Virus record (IMG/VR): IMGVR_UViG_3300042350_000206
Location: 1-44,162 of that record
Length of the DNA stretch: 44,162 bases
Strand: one strand, 5' to 3'
Source of the DNA: a virus
Lineage: Duplodnaviria; Caudoviricetes
Below are positions 33,080-42,327 of the stretch, piece after piece. Each line of letters starts with the position of its first letter. Within the stretch, counting starts at the first letter, position 1. The notes under the pieces are model-generated. The model worked only from the letters and a program-made list of their open reading frames with translations, was not told the DNA's origin and searched no databases. The translations under genes were made by a program, and so were the position numbers.

Positions 33080-34674
33080 CTAATCTAACACATAAGCCTT
33101 GCCCCTATGTTGACTGTGGCAGCACTGATGCTTTCTCATGGGACGACGACAAGGGTTGTGGTAAGTGCCACTCCTGTGGTAAAGGTTATCCTAGTCGTAA
33201 GTGGCCTAGGTTTGATTGGGCCTCAGAAGAATACCCTACGCACCACATCACAAGAGAGGATGCAGCCAACATGAATACCCCTACGCTATCTGTCGTTCAG
33301 GAAGAGTTCCTTACGCCCGTCTATCGGTCGATGCGTTCGATCTCCGAAGACACCATGCGCTTCTATGACGTTAAGACTATGGTGAATGCTGACGGAGAGA
33401 GCGTCAAGCAGGCTTATGTCTACCCGTCTGGTGGTCGTAAGGTAAGAACCCTGCCTAAGTCTTTCCGTGCTGAGGCTGGCCTTAAGGGTGACGAGTTGTT
33501 CGGCATGGACAAGTTTAATGCTGGCAGTGCTAAGGCTGTCGTCATTACCGAGGGTGAGCTTGACGCTATGTCGGCCTTCCAGATGCTTGGGGGCAAGACG
33601 CCTTGCGTAAGTATCCCGTCAGCGACCCCTAGCCAGAAGCTCTTTGAGAAGTGTAAGGAGTGGCTTGACAGCTTCGACAAGATTTATGTGTCGTTTGACA
33701 GTGACAACAAGGCTGAGGGTGTGGCTGAGAAGCTTGCTAACCTCTTCCCTAACCGGGTGTACGCTATCCCTCACGACAAGTACAAGGATGCCAATGAGTT
33801 CCTTGAGGCGGGTGCGCGTGAGAGCTATCGCAATGCGTTCAGCCATGCGAAGAAGTTTATCCCTGAGAACATCTTCAACACCCCCGACCAATTCTTGTCG
33901 ATCCTCCATGACGATGATGATAGTAGTTATGTGTCGACAGGTATCCAATCGCTTGACGACGTGATCCTTGGTCTCATGCGTGGTCACTTCACAGTGTTTC
34001 AAGCACCCGAAGGTATCGGCAAGACGGAGTTTATGCGCTATCTGGAATACTCCCTGCTGACCCAGAACGACGACATCAAGATCGCTATCTGCCACATGGA
34101 AGAGGTGAAGAAGCGCAGCCTGTTGGGTCTGGTGTCGTATGAGCTTAAGAAGAACGTGACCCGTAAGGACTTGATCCATAACCAGACCGAAGTGGATCAG
34201 GCTATTATGAAGCTGTCGGGTGATGAACGCCTGTACCAGTTTACCTTGGGTGTCGACGAAGACCCTCTGGAGATTCTGGAGCGTATTCGTTTCCTGACTG
34301 AGGCGTGTGGCGTAAGCTACATCTTCTTCGAACCCATCCAAGACCTTGCGTATTCGCGTCAGGGTGACGAGAGTGTAGAACAGTTCCTCTCCCAGTTGTC
34401 GACCAAGCTTGCTCGTATCTCCGCTGAGCTTAACGTAGGGATCGTGACCATTGCACATGAGAATGATGATGGGGCTATCCGTGACTGCCGCATGATTGGT
34501 AAACGTGCATCTGTCGTCATTAAGCTTGAGCGTGACAAGATGGCCAAGGATGATGAAAGCCGTAACACTACCAAGCTTCTTGTCGTCAAGAATAGACCGA
34601 CAGGTTCCACAGGCTACGCAGGGCAATTGTTCTTCGATAGCGAGACGTTCACCCTCTCAGAGAAGTTTATGTAA
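33076..34674 (+). CDS. Primase-helicase (T7 gp4-like)
   Basis: Zn finger CPYVDC/CHSC, TOPRIM ITEGELDAMS and FDSD, Walker A APEGIGKT, KNRPTG. Confidence 0.92.
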   Translation: MTNLTHKPCPYVDCGSTDAFSWDDDKGCGKCHSCGKGYPSRKWPRFDWASEEYPTHHITREDAANMNTPTLSVVQEEFLTPVYRSMRSISEDTMRFYDVKTMVNADGESVKQAYVYPSGGRKVRTLPKSFRAEAGLKGDELFGMDKFNAGSAKAVVITEGELDAMSAFQMLGGKTPCVSIPSATPSQKLFEKCKEWLDSFDKIYVSFDSDNKAEGVAEKLANLFPNRVYAIPHDKYKDANEFLEAGARESYRNAFSHAKKFIPENIFNTPDQFLSILHDDDDSSYVSTGIQSLDDVILGLMRGHFTVFQAPEGIGKTEFMRYLEYSLLTQNDDIKIAICHMEEVKKRSLLGLVSYELKKNVTRKDLIHNQTEVDQAIMKLSGDERLYQFTLGVDEDPLEILERIRFLTEACGVSYIFFEPIQDLAYSRQGDESVEQFLSQLSTKLARISAELNVGIVTIAHENDDGAIRDCRMIGKRASVVIKLERDKMAKDDESRNTTKLLVVKNRPTGSTGYAGQLFFDSETFTLSEKFM

Positions 34675-34675
34675 C

Positions 34676-34888
34676 ATGCAGCTTTTACCTACGATCTGCG
34701 CTATCCTCTACACCCTCGGTGCCTTCCTCTACTACCTGCACCAGATAACCATTCTCTACTTCAAGGAGGTCGACGACTACAGTGAGGCTAAGGTTCTGAC
34801 TAACGCAGTGATCTGGCCTTGGCGTACACTAGAGATCGTGGTAGATTACGTCATTACGATGAACAGAAGGGATGAAGACGATGAGTGA
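34676..34888 (+). CDS. Membrane protein
   Basis: ATG 34676 after the helicase stop; hydrophobic N-terminus, IWPW motif. Confidence 0.6.
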   Translation: MQLLPTICAILYTLGAFLYYLHQITILYFKEVDDYSEAKVLTNAVIWPWRTLEIVVDYVITMNRRDEDDE

Positions 34889-35255
34889 CGCAGAACTGAT
34901 CGCACGGCTGCTGGACTGGGAGGAGTACGACGAAGGCAAGATCAACGATGCCCGCGAAGCCGCCGCCGACCGCATCGAAGACCTGACTGCCGAGAACGCA
35001 AAGCTGCACGACCACATTGAAGGTGTAGCTAAGAACACCCACAAGATCATGGTAGGGTATGAAGCCAAGCTGGCGAAGGTGGAAGCTGGGCTGCGCGACA
35101 TTGCTAAGCGCGATGAGCAAATGATCTGGGGCGAAGACTATGAGGTGGAAGAAGCATTCAAAGATATGCGCGACATCGCCTACGCCACCCTCGCAGAGAT
35201 CAAGAGTGGCGTAGCCACGACGCCCTACGGGCTAGAAGGAGAGAGCCATGAGTGA
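34872..35255 (+). CDS. Hypothetical coiled-coil protein
   Basis: EAAADRIEDLTAENAKL motif; GC-richer codons than neighbours; alternative start 34881. Confidence 0.7.
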   Translation: MKTMSDAELIARLLDWEEYDEGKINDAREAAADRIEDLTAENAKLHDHIEGVAKNTHKIMVGYEAKLAKVEAGLRDIAKRDEQMIWGEDYEVEEAFKDMRDIAYATLAEIKSGVATTPYGLEGESHE

Positions 35256-35481
35256 GAACGAACCCTTCCAAGTTGTCGTCACTAACGTCGAGGAGCATGA
35301 GGATGGTGCAGCTACCTACTCATTCGCTATGGACGACAAAGCTCAGGTAGAGATAGCGAATATCGGCCTAGAGTTTATGCTCTACTGTGCCTCTTACGGA
35401 CTAGACCTGCAGTATGTGCTAGAGAACCTTAAGCTCATTGCAGACCACCAAAATAACGTAGGCACAGATAGTGGGGAGTGA
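35248..35481 (+). CDS. Hypothetical protein
   Basis: GGAG SD; VEEHEDGAATY motif. Confidence 0.7.
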   Translation: MSENEPFQVVVTNVEEHEDGAATYSFAMDDKAQVEIANIGLEFMLYCASYGLDLQYVLENLKLIADHQNNVGTDSGE

Positions 35482-35596
35482 AGACAAGAGGACAGTATTG
35501 ACACACCATGCCGTACCGTGGTCTACATGTAAGCCTGTGGTCGTCAAGGTGACGTTACCTAGAGAGCCGTGGTCTAAGGAGAAGGACGATGAATAA
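35471..35596 (+). CDS. Small hypothetical protein (41 aa)
   Basis: GTG start; ..VKVTLPREPW..; fills the gap. Confidence 0.4.
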   Translation: MGSEDKRTVLTHHAVPWSTCKPVVVKVTLPREPWSKEKDDE

Positions 35597-35711
35597 CTTC
35601 GGGACTTGGTGGGAGCGAAGGGGTTGGTGGTTCGCACGTAAGCACAACCTAAGTGAAGAAGTCGTAAAGGAGATATGGGATGAAGTGTGTCGCTATGGAT
35701 ATCGAGACTGA
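35589..35711 (+). CDS. Small Trp-rich hypothetical protein (40 aa)
   Basis: AAGGAGAAGGA SD; MNNFGTWWERRGWWFARKHNLSEEVVKEIW... Confidence 0.5.
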   Translation: MNNFGTWWERRGWWFARKHNLSEEVVKEIWDEVCRYGYRD

Positions 35712-36585
35712 CGGGCTGGACCCTACGCGCATCTGGGTGATCTGCTCGAAGGACTTGGACACAGGGGAAGTCATGCAGTTCCTCAACCCATCCCATGTCG
35801 TCGAAGAGAAGGAACGCTTCATTGCTTATTGCAACACTGTTGACAAGTTTGTCTTCCACAATGGCTTGGGTTTTGACGTACCTGTTCTTCATCGTCTTAT
35901 TGGCAGTGCTTGTGTTCCTCTTGCTAGCGTCATTGATACTCTTATTGTATCTCGAATGATCGACTACGACATCAAGGAAGGACACAGCTTGAAGGCATGG
36001 GGTATCCGCCTCGGTCTCCACAAGGGTGAACACAAGGATTGGTCTAAGCTCTCGCAGGAGATGATCGACTACTGCCACCAAGACGTTCTGGTTACCTGTG
36101 CTCTATTCGAACGCTTCCGTAAGTTTATCTTCGACAAAGAGATGGCGATGGGCTTACGTTGTGAACACGATATCCAAATCCTCTGCGAAGAAATGACGAC
36201 CAATGGGTTCAAGTTTGACAAGGAGAAGGCTGAGGAGTATCTGGCTGAGGTCACTGAACGTATGAACGAACTTGAGGCTGGCTTCCAAAGGGACTTCCCT
36301 GCTAAGCTTCAAGAGGTACACAGGGTCAAGTTCAGGGTAAAGCAGGACGGGTCACTGTACTCCACTGTTGTCGATGCTAAGAAGAAATACCCTGTCACTC
36401 ACGTCGATGGAGAAAACTTGATCTGCAAGGATTGGGTACCCTTCGACCCTGCATCACCCCGTCAGCGTATCGACAGATTGTGGGAAGCAGGATGGACACC
36501 CGTAGACAAGACAAAAGGACACATAGAGTATGAGCGTGAGCAACGGATCAAAAACAAGTCCAAGTGGCAAGGACGAGGAAGATGA
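35680..36585 (+). CDS. DNA polymerase A, N-terminal part (3'-5' exonuclease and part of thumb)
   Basis: DIETD ExoI, HNGLGFD ExoII, YCHQD ExoIII; FDPASPRQ..LWEAGWTP. Confidence 0.9.
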   Translation: MKCVAMDIETDGLDPTRIWVICSKDLDTGEVMQFLNPSHVVEEKERFIAYCNTVDKFVFHNGLGFDVPVLHRLIGSACVPLASVIDTLIVSRMIDYDIKEGHSLKAWGIRLGLHKGEHKDWSKLSQEMIDYCHQDVLVTCALFERFRKFIFDKEMAMGLRCEHDIQILCEEMTTNGFKFDKEKAEEYLAEVTERMNELEAGFQRDFPAKLQEVHRVKFRVKQDGSLYSTVVDAKKKYPVTHVDGENLICKDWVPFDPASPRQRIDRLWEAGWTPVDKTKGHIEYEREQRIKNKSKWQGRGR

Positions 36586-37594
36586 TCGTGGAGCTAAGTT
36601 TGCCCGTTACGGGTGGATGTGCAATGAGATGAATCTGTCGACCCTCCCAGAGGATGCACCTGATGGCGCTAGGAACCTATCGGAGTGGCTCACCCTTGAG
36701 GGTCGTAGATCAAGTCTTGTCGAATGGCTGGGCCACGTTAAGGAAGACGGACGCATCCACGGTAGGTTCACCCACATTGGGGCATGGACGGGTCGTATGG
36801 CTCACTCAGCACCTAACCAAGCGAACATCCCTGCAGCCTTCCACGGCACCGCTAAGAGCATGGTCGACAAGGTGAAGGAGAAGTACGACGGGAAGATGCG
36901 TGGGCTGTGGGGTGTTGAGGCTGGTAACTGGCTCGTAGGCACTGACGCTGAGGGTATCCAGCTACGCATCCTTGCCCACCTGATGAAGTCTGAGGAGTAC
37001 ATTCACGCTATCGTCAGTGGACGTAAGGAAGATGAGACAGATATCCATAACCTGAACAAACGGGCTTTGGGTATGTCGCATGTGACTAGGGATATGGCCA
37101 AGACCTTTATCTACGCCTTCCTCCTCGGGGCAGGTAACGACAAGGTGGGGCAGATTCTCAAGGTCAGTGCTAAGGAAGCGGGTCAGGCTGTCGAAAACTT
37201 CATGGAGAGTATCAACGGTCTGAGTCGTCTAAAGAAGCAAGTGATCCCTCACATCGCAGAGATGGGTTGGTTCAAGGGCTTGGACGGACGCAAGGTCAAG
37301 GTTCCTAACGAACACAAGACACTTGCAGGGTTGCTACAGAATGGTGAGGCTGTCGTCATGAAACATGCGGCGCTTAGCTGGACAAACTCCGCAAGAGAAG
37401 CAGGGATTAAGTTCAAGCTAGTCACGTGGCCGCACGATGAATGGCAGACGGAAGTGTACGGAGACAAGGAGCAGGCAGAGTTACTGGGTTCCATCCAACG
37501 TCAGTCCATTGTTGACACCGGGGTAAAACTCAGTATACTGTGTCCTCTCGCAGGATCGACTGATATCGGTCGCAATTGGTTTGACACCCACTAA
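36530..37594 (+). CDS. DNA polymerase A, C-terminal polymerase part
   Basis: TGRMAH..PN, DAEGIQLR motif A, AKTFIYAFLLG motif B, HDE motif C; +1 frame relative to the N-terminal part. Confidence 0.9.
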   Translation: MSVSNGSKTSPSGKDEEDDRGAKFARYGWMCNEMNLSTLPEDAPDGARNLSEWLTLEGRRSSLVEWLGHVKEDGRIHGRFTHIGAWTGRMAHSAPNQANIPAAFHGTAKSMVDKVKEKYDGKMRGLWGVEAGNWLVGTDAEGIQLRILAHLMKSEEYIHAIVSGRKEDETDIHNLNKRALGMSHVTRDMAKTFIYAFLLGAGNDKVGQILKVSAKEAGQAVENFMESINGLSRLKKQVIPHIAEMGWFKGLDGRKVKVPNEHKTLAGLLQNGEAVVMKHAALSWTNSAREAGIKFKLVTWPHDEWQTEVYGDKEQAELLGSIQRQSIVDTGVKLSILCPLAGSTDIGRNWFDTH

Positions 37595-37606
37595 AGGAGA
37601 CGACAA

Positions 37607-38080
37607 ATGGGTAAGACGAAAATTGGTGTGTTCGAAGGTGAAATCTACTGGGCGCGTGTGTTCCCCGGTAACATGGACGACAGTGAATACCACAAGGCCA
37701 CGGAAGGCCAGTACAACTGCATGTTCGTTCCGAAGGACGAAGAAGAATTGCAGAAGATGCTCAAGCTTGGTTTCCCTCAGAAGTCTATGGGTAACCCTAT
37801 GGTCCGTGAGATCGAAGCTGCAGGTGGTCGTAAGGGCATGAAGCTCAAGCGCCCTAACGTTCACGCTAAGATCGAAGACTTCGGCGGTGCTCCTGTGGTT
37901 ACCCACGGCAAGACCGACAAGGCTTGGGACATGGACATTGACGGTGAGCTTGGGAATGGCACTAAGGTTGCCGTTCAGATCAGCATCTACGGAGAAGGTT
38001 CCACTGCCTCTGTGCGCCTTGAGAAGGTAGGCGTCCTTGAGTTGGTGCAGTTCGAAGCCTCTGGCGCTATCGGCTGGTAA
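37607..38080 (+). CDS. Single-stranded DNA-binding protein (T7 gp2.5-like)
   Basis: GEIYWARVF, ELGNGTKVAV, RLEKVGVLELV; aromatic C-terminus; strong SD. Confidence 0.65.
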   Translation: MGKTKIGVFEGEIYWARVFPGNMDDSEYHKATEGQYNCMFVPKDEEELQKMLKLGFPQKSMGNPMVREIEAAGGRKGMKLKRPNVHAKIEDFGGAPVVTHGKTDKAWDMDIDGELGNGTKVAVQISIYGEGSTASVRLEKVGVLELVQFEASGAIGW

Positions 38081-38088
38081 TCAAACTA

Positions 38089-38110
38089 AGGGGGAGCGAA
38101 AGTTCCCCCT
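38089..38110 (+). terminator. GC-rich hairpin after SSB
   Basis: AGGGGGAGC-GAAA-GTTCCCCCT; no long U-tract. Confidence 0.5.
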
Positions 38111-38129
38111 AACCCTCAAGGAGAACGTA

Positions 38130-38300
38130 ATGGGCGCAGAAACTACAATCTGGGTAGAGGTGGAAATACCCGTTAAGTTCTGGAGAGAGTCTTATGGTGC
38201 TACTGGGGCTGATGCCTTGGATAATGCTGAGATTAGTAAGGGAGAGAGACTGACTGGTCGATACACCTACAACCTAGAGGATACAGAGGAGACCACCTAA
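38130..38300 (+). CDS. Hypothetical protein
   Basis: AAGGAG SD, ATG 38130, TAATG-coupled to thyX. Confidence 0.65.
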   Translation: MGAETTIWVEVEIPVKFWRESYGATGADALDNAEISKGERLTGRYTYNLEDTEETT

Positions 38301-38974
38301 TGATTACTGCTACGTATATCGACCACATGGGAAGTGATCTGTCTGTCGTCAACGCAGCACGGGTCAGCTTCGGTAAGAAGAGTGAGGGTGTACTTTCTTG
38401 GGTTGCTTATGGTGACAAGCTGGCAAAGCCTGTTTTCGTCCCTAATGAAGCGGACACCAAGCTGATCCACTACCTCGCTAACCACGGACACTACTCACCC
38501 TTCGGCCACTGCTTCGCATCCTTCCACATCAAGGCACCTATCTTCGTAGCCCGACAACTGGTCAAGCATGAGTACCTGCGTATGAACGAGATCAGTCGTC
38601 GTTATGTCGATAGTGAACCTGAGTTCTATTTACCTGACGTGTGGCGTGGTAGGGCTAAGGACAAGAAGCAAGGCTCTGCGGGTGAAGTTAAGTTACCTTA
38701 CCTTGTACCGCACGAGTTCTATAAGTCAGCCCTATACGAGTATGAAACACTCCTTGAAGCTGGTGTCGCCCCTGAAATGGCTCGTATGGTTCTGCCTCAG
38801 TCGATGTACACCGAATGGTACTGGTCAGGTTCGATGGATGCCTTCGCTAACATGTGCAACCTACGTCTCAAGGAAGACACTCAGTACGAGACACGGTTGG
38901 TAGCACAACAGATCGACAAAGTAATGGGTGAGTTGTACCCTGTTTCATGGAAGGCTCTGGTTCATCATGGCTGA
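38300..38974 (+). CDS. thyX: Flavin-dependent thymidylate synthase
   Basis: VNAARVSF, HYSPF, PIFVARQLVKH, NEISRRY, EMARMVLPQ, LRL...TQYE. Confidence 0.92.
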   Translation: MITATYIDHMGSDLSVVNAARVSFGKKSEGVLSWVAYGDKLAKPVFVPNEADTKLIHYLANHGHYSPFGHCFASFHIKAPIFVARQLVKHEYLRMNEISRRYVDSEPEFYLPDVWRGRAKDKKQGSAGEVKLPYLVPHEFYKSALYEYETLLEAGVAPEMARMVLPQSMYTEWYWSGSMDAFANMCNLRLKEDTQYETRLVAQQIDKVMGELYPVSWKALVHHG

Positions 38975-39200
38975 TCTGCTTACACGACTTAAGGATTGGG
39001 AGAAAATCTACCCTGAGGATGAGTACAAGCCAGAGGGACACTTGTTCGAAGAATCTTATGACGCACTCACCAAAGCAATCACTAAGCTAGAGGCCATCAA
39101 GGTTTGGGTAGAACATTTGGGTTGTTACACGGACCCTGAGCACATTCCAGTACCTGTCTTCCGTGACCTACCTGAACTTATCAAGGAGCTAAAAGCATGA
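38967..39200 (+). CDS. Hypothetical protein
   Basis: ATG 38967 overlapping the thyX end. Confidence 0.6.
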   Translation: MADLLTRLKDWEKIYPEDEYKPEGHLFEESYDALTKAITKLEAIKVWVEHLGCYTDPEHIPVPVFRDLPELIKELKA

Positions 39201-39523
39201 ACCAAGATGTCTACGACCTGTTCGACGAATTTCTCCTGAGTGATTTTGTCGACAACCTAGTCACCTACCGTATCCGTGAGACTATCCTTGGGCTTCGCCT
39301 CTCTATCGACGCCCTTGAGTTTCGTAACCGTACGCAAGGTGGATTGCCTAAGGCTCTACGGGAAGACCTTGATGAGCACTGGGAAGACCTAGACAGTATG
39401 GTCCGTGCTTACATCTACTTCTCAGGGGACTACCAGATGGAGCATATCCCCGAGTGGACCCACAAGGATGTGCCTCAGGATACACCGGGGTGGGACTACT
39501 GGAACCAAGGTGATATCAAGTGA
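39197..39523 (+). CDS. Hypothetical protein
   Basis: AAGGAG SD, ATGA overlap. Confidence 0.7.
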   Translation: MNQDVYDLFDEFLLSDFVDNLVTYRIRETILGLRLSIDALEFRNRTQGGLPKALREDLDEHWEDLDSMVRAYIYFSGDYQMEHIPEWTHKDVPQDTPGWDYWNQGDIK

Positions 39524-40200
39524 GGGTTCTGGTAGATGGGGATATCGTAGCGTACAGGGCAGCTTACTCTACCGAAGGTGAGACAGCAGAGACAGCTAAA
39601 GAGAAAGCTGACGAACTGATGGACAACATTGCCTTCGACACAACGAAAAGAGGGGAAGAGTTGGAGGTGTTCCTCACGGGTAAGGGAAACTTCCGCTACG
39701 ATCTATCCCCTACGTACAAGGCTAACCGTAAGGATACACCACGTCCTGAACACCTAGGTCTCGTACGTGAACATCTTGTTGAGGCGTGGGATGCTGTCGT
39801 CAGTAAGGGCCAAGAGGCTGATGATCTGATTGCTATTCGAGCCACAGAGCTTGCCTACGACTGCACCATTGTGTCGACAGATAAGGACTTCAAACAAATC
39901 CCCTGTCGTCACTACAACCCGAACAAAGGTGAGTGGACATCCGTAGGTGAGTTCGAGGGTACCATGTTCTTCTACTCCCAGATCGTTATGGGTGACAGAG
40001 CGGACAACATCGAAGGCATCCACGGTATCGGACCTGTGAAGGCTAAACGTCTCTTGTCGGAATGCACTACGGAGCAAGAGTTGTACGACAAGGTTCTAGG
40101 TGCTTACGACAACGACGAGGAACGTGTACTCACTAACGCCCGTCTCCTGTGGCTACGACGCAAAGAGGAAGACGTATGGTACCCGCCAAATCAAAGATAA
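39520..40200 (+). CDS. 5'-3' exonuclease (T7 gp6-like)
   Basis: LVDGD, YKANR, EADD, DKD, GDRADNIEGI.GIGPVKA. Confidence 0.9.
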   Translation: MRVLVDGDIVAYRAAYSTEGETAETAKEKADELMDNIAFDTTKRGEELEVFLTGKGNFRYDLSPTYKANRKDTPRPEHLGLVREHLVEAWDAVVSKGQEADDLIAIRATELAYDCTIVSTDKDFKQIPCRHYNPNKGEWTSVGEFEGTMFFYSQIVMGDRADNIEGIHGIGPVKAKRLLSECTTEQELYDKVLGAYDNDEERVLTNARLLWLRRKEEDVWYPPNQR

Positions 40201-40577
40201 GGCAGAAAGCACTCAAGGCTGGCTATCGTTCTGGCCTTGAGGAAACCGTAGCGGATCAGCTTAAGAAGCTAGGCGTAAGGGCTGAGTACGAGACGACAAA
40301 GATCAAGTACAGGGTAGAGGAGGACAGAACGTACACCCCAGACTTTATCTTACCGAATGGTGTCGTCATTGAAACCAAGGGTAGGTTCGTAGCTGCAGAC
40401 CGAAAGAAACATCTTCTGATCCGTAAGCAGTATCCAGAGCTTGACATTCGCTTTGTCTTCTCTAATAGTAAGGCTAAGCTAAGTAAAGCGTCTAAGACTA
40501 CTTACGCTGCATGGTGCATCAAACACGGCTTCCTCTACGCCGACAAGGAGATACCGTTAGAATGGCTAACGAAGTAA
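40176..40577 (+). CDS. Endonuclease I / Holliday junction resolvase (T7 gp3-like)
   Basis: YRSGLE, YTPDF, IETKGRF..DRKKH, DIRFVF. Confidence 0.92.
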   Translation: MVPAKSKIRQKALKAGYRSGLEETVADQLKKLGVRAEYETTKIKYRVEEDRTYTPDFILPNGVVIETKGRFVAADRKKHLLIRKQYPELDIRFVFSNSKAKLSKASKTTYAAWCIKHGFLYADKEIPLEWLTK

Positions 40578-40777
40578 AAGTCCACCGGATCATTGAGGGT
40601 CCGTTCGAGAGCGACGACGAGGATGAAGTCTGGATGCTTTGCCTTGCGGAAGAAGATGGAGAGCTTACGGAGATTGAAGTCTACTTCGACACCTTCGACG
40701 AAGCTTACGCTTTCAAGCACCACTTCACTAAGAGTATCGAACCCATCATCCTAGCTAACGACACAGGGGATCACTAA
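40562..40777 (+). CDS. Acidic hypothetical protein
   Basis: AAGGAG SD, ATG 40562. Confidence 0.65.
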   Translation: MANEVKVHRIIEGPFESDDEDEVWMLCLAEEDGELTEIEVYFDTFDEAYAFKHHFTKSIEPIILANDTGDH

Positions 40778-40782
40778 CCACC

Positions 40783-41550
40783 ATGAAAACTCACCTCGTC
40801 ATTGGCGACCCCCACGCCCACCCTGACTACTCTAACGCACGGGCTGATTGGTTGGGTAAGCTGATCTTGGACCTCAAGCCAGAGGTTGTCATCAACATGG
40901 GAGACACTGCGGACCTAGCGTCCATGTCCTCATTCGACAAAGGAAAGGCATCCTTCCACGGGCGTAATTACCAGAAGGACATTGAGGCCCACCTAGACTT
41001 CCAAGATCGTATGTGGCACCCCATCAAGAAGGCGAAGCGTAAGCTACCCCATCGTGTCGTCCTTGAGGGTAACCACGAGAACCGCATCAAGAAGGCTATC
41101 CAGTATTCCCCTGAGCTTGAGGGTGATCGCTTCGGGGTCTCGTTCAAGAACCTAGCCTTCGATGACTACTACGATTCTGTTGTCGAATACGATGCGTCTA
41201 CCCCCGGTGTGATTAACCTAGACGGGATCGACTACTGCCACTACGCTGTCTCAGGTGTATCTGGAAGGGCTTTGTCGTCAATTCACCACGGGTATGACCT
41301 TACGGTTAAACGTCACACTTCGACTACCGTAGGCCACAGCCATCTGTTCGACTACCATGTGAACCGTGATAGTAGTGGACGTGTTAGGATGGGTCTTGTG
41401 GCTGGTGTTTACCAAGACTATCGTAGCCCTTGGGCAGGAGACATCAACTCGTTCTGGACCGCTGGTGTTGCTATCTGTCGTAACGTAGAGAACGGTGTGT
41501 ACGACTTTCAATGGTTGAGTATCGACACAATGAAGAGAGAGTACTCGTAA
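40783..41550 (+). CDS. Calcineurin-like metallophosphoesterase
   Basis: GDPH, GD..D, GNHE, GHSH motifs. Confidence 0.88.
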   Translation: MKTHLVIGDPHAHPDYSNARADWLGKLILDLKPEVVINMGDTADLASMSSFDKGKASFHGRNYQKDIEAHLDFQDRMWHPIKKAKRKLPHRVVLEGNHENRIKKAIQYSPELEGDRFGVSFKNLAFDDYYDSVVEYDASTPGVINLDGIDYCHYAVSGVSGRALSSIHHGYDLTVKRHTSTTVGHSHLFDYHVNRDSSGRVRMGLVAGVYQDYRSPWAGDINSFWTAGVAICRNVENGVYDFQWLSIDTMKREYS

Positions 41551-41735
41551 TGTTTGGCTTGGAGAACAAACTAAATGCCCTAATCGAGAATTATGGGCTT
41601 GCTTTACTCCTTGAACAGAACGATGTATCTGACTACGTTGTCGTCTTGTTTCTTGTCGAAGAAGGTTACATTGACCTAGCCGACTACTTCAACCTTGATG
41701 CTGAACTGAAAGAATGGAAGAGGATCGAAGAATGA
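41550..41735 (+). CDS. Hypothetical protein
   Basis: TAATG-coupled, ATG 41550. Confidence 0.6.
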   Translation: MFGLENKLNALIENYGLALLLEQNDVSDYVVVLFLVEEGYIDLADYFNLDAELKEWKRIEE

Positions 41736-41968
41736 TGGACTTTGGAGACGCACTACGCGCCCTAAAGCAAGGCAAGCGCCTTTCGCGTAAGGGGTGGAAT
41801 GGCAAAGGCTTGTGGTTGGAATTGCAGGTTCCTGACGCGCACAGCAAGATGACTTTGCCTTACGTCTACCTAAACTACCCGAATGATTCCTTGCACACAC
41901 CGGGCGCTCGGGTTCCGTGGCTTGCCAGCCAGACCGATATGTTGGCCGAAGATTGGGGAGTTGTCTAA
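41732..41968 (+). CDS. DUF2829 / Tad2-like anti-defence sponge protein
   Basis: MDFGDAL.ALK.G..L.R.GWNGKG..PY..PWLASQTDMLAEDW. Confidence 0.85.
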   Translation: MMDFGDALRALKQGKRLSRKGWNGKGLWLELQVPDAHSKMTLPYVYLNYPNDSLHTPGARVPWLASQTDMLAEDWGVV

Positions 41969-42327
41969 TGATTAGTGGTGAGGATATCGAAGCGTTCTTG
42001 GACGAGAAGCGTAGGGCTGACCTTACGCTCAATGCCTACCAGAAAGCTGCACGACGTACGGCTATCTACAAGGACAAGATCATCTACCCAGCTTTGGGTC
42101 TGTGTGGTGAGTCTGGTGAGGTAGCTGAGAAGATCAAGAAGTTTCTCCGTGACGGAGTTATGAACGACAAAGAAGTGGCTAAGGAGCTTGGTGATGTGCT
42201 ATGGTACATTGCTAACCTAGCCGAAGACCTTGGGTACGACCTAGCTGAAATCGCGGATATGAACCTTGAGAAGCTAGCAGATCGTGCCAATCGAAACGTA
42301 ATCAAAGGAAGCGGAGACAACCGATAA
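41968..42327 (+). CDS. mazG: MazG-like nucleotide pyrophosphohydrolase
   Basis: YPALGLCGESGEVAEKIKK..KELGDVLWY..NLEKL..R..GSGDNR. Confidence 0.88.
   Translation: MISGEDIEAFLDEKRRADLTLNAYQKAARRTAIYKDKIIYPALGLCGESGEVAEKIKKFLRDGVMNDKEVAKELGDVLWYIANLAEDLGYDLAEIADMNLEKLADRANRNVIKGSGDNR

Noticed and set aside
36530-36585. Group I intron or intein in the polymerase
   Set aside because: The two halves overlap; there is no intervening sequence
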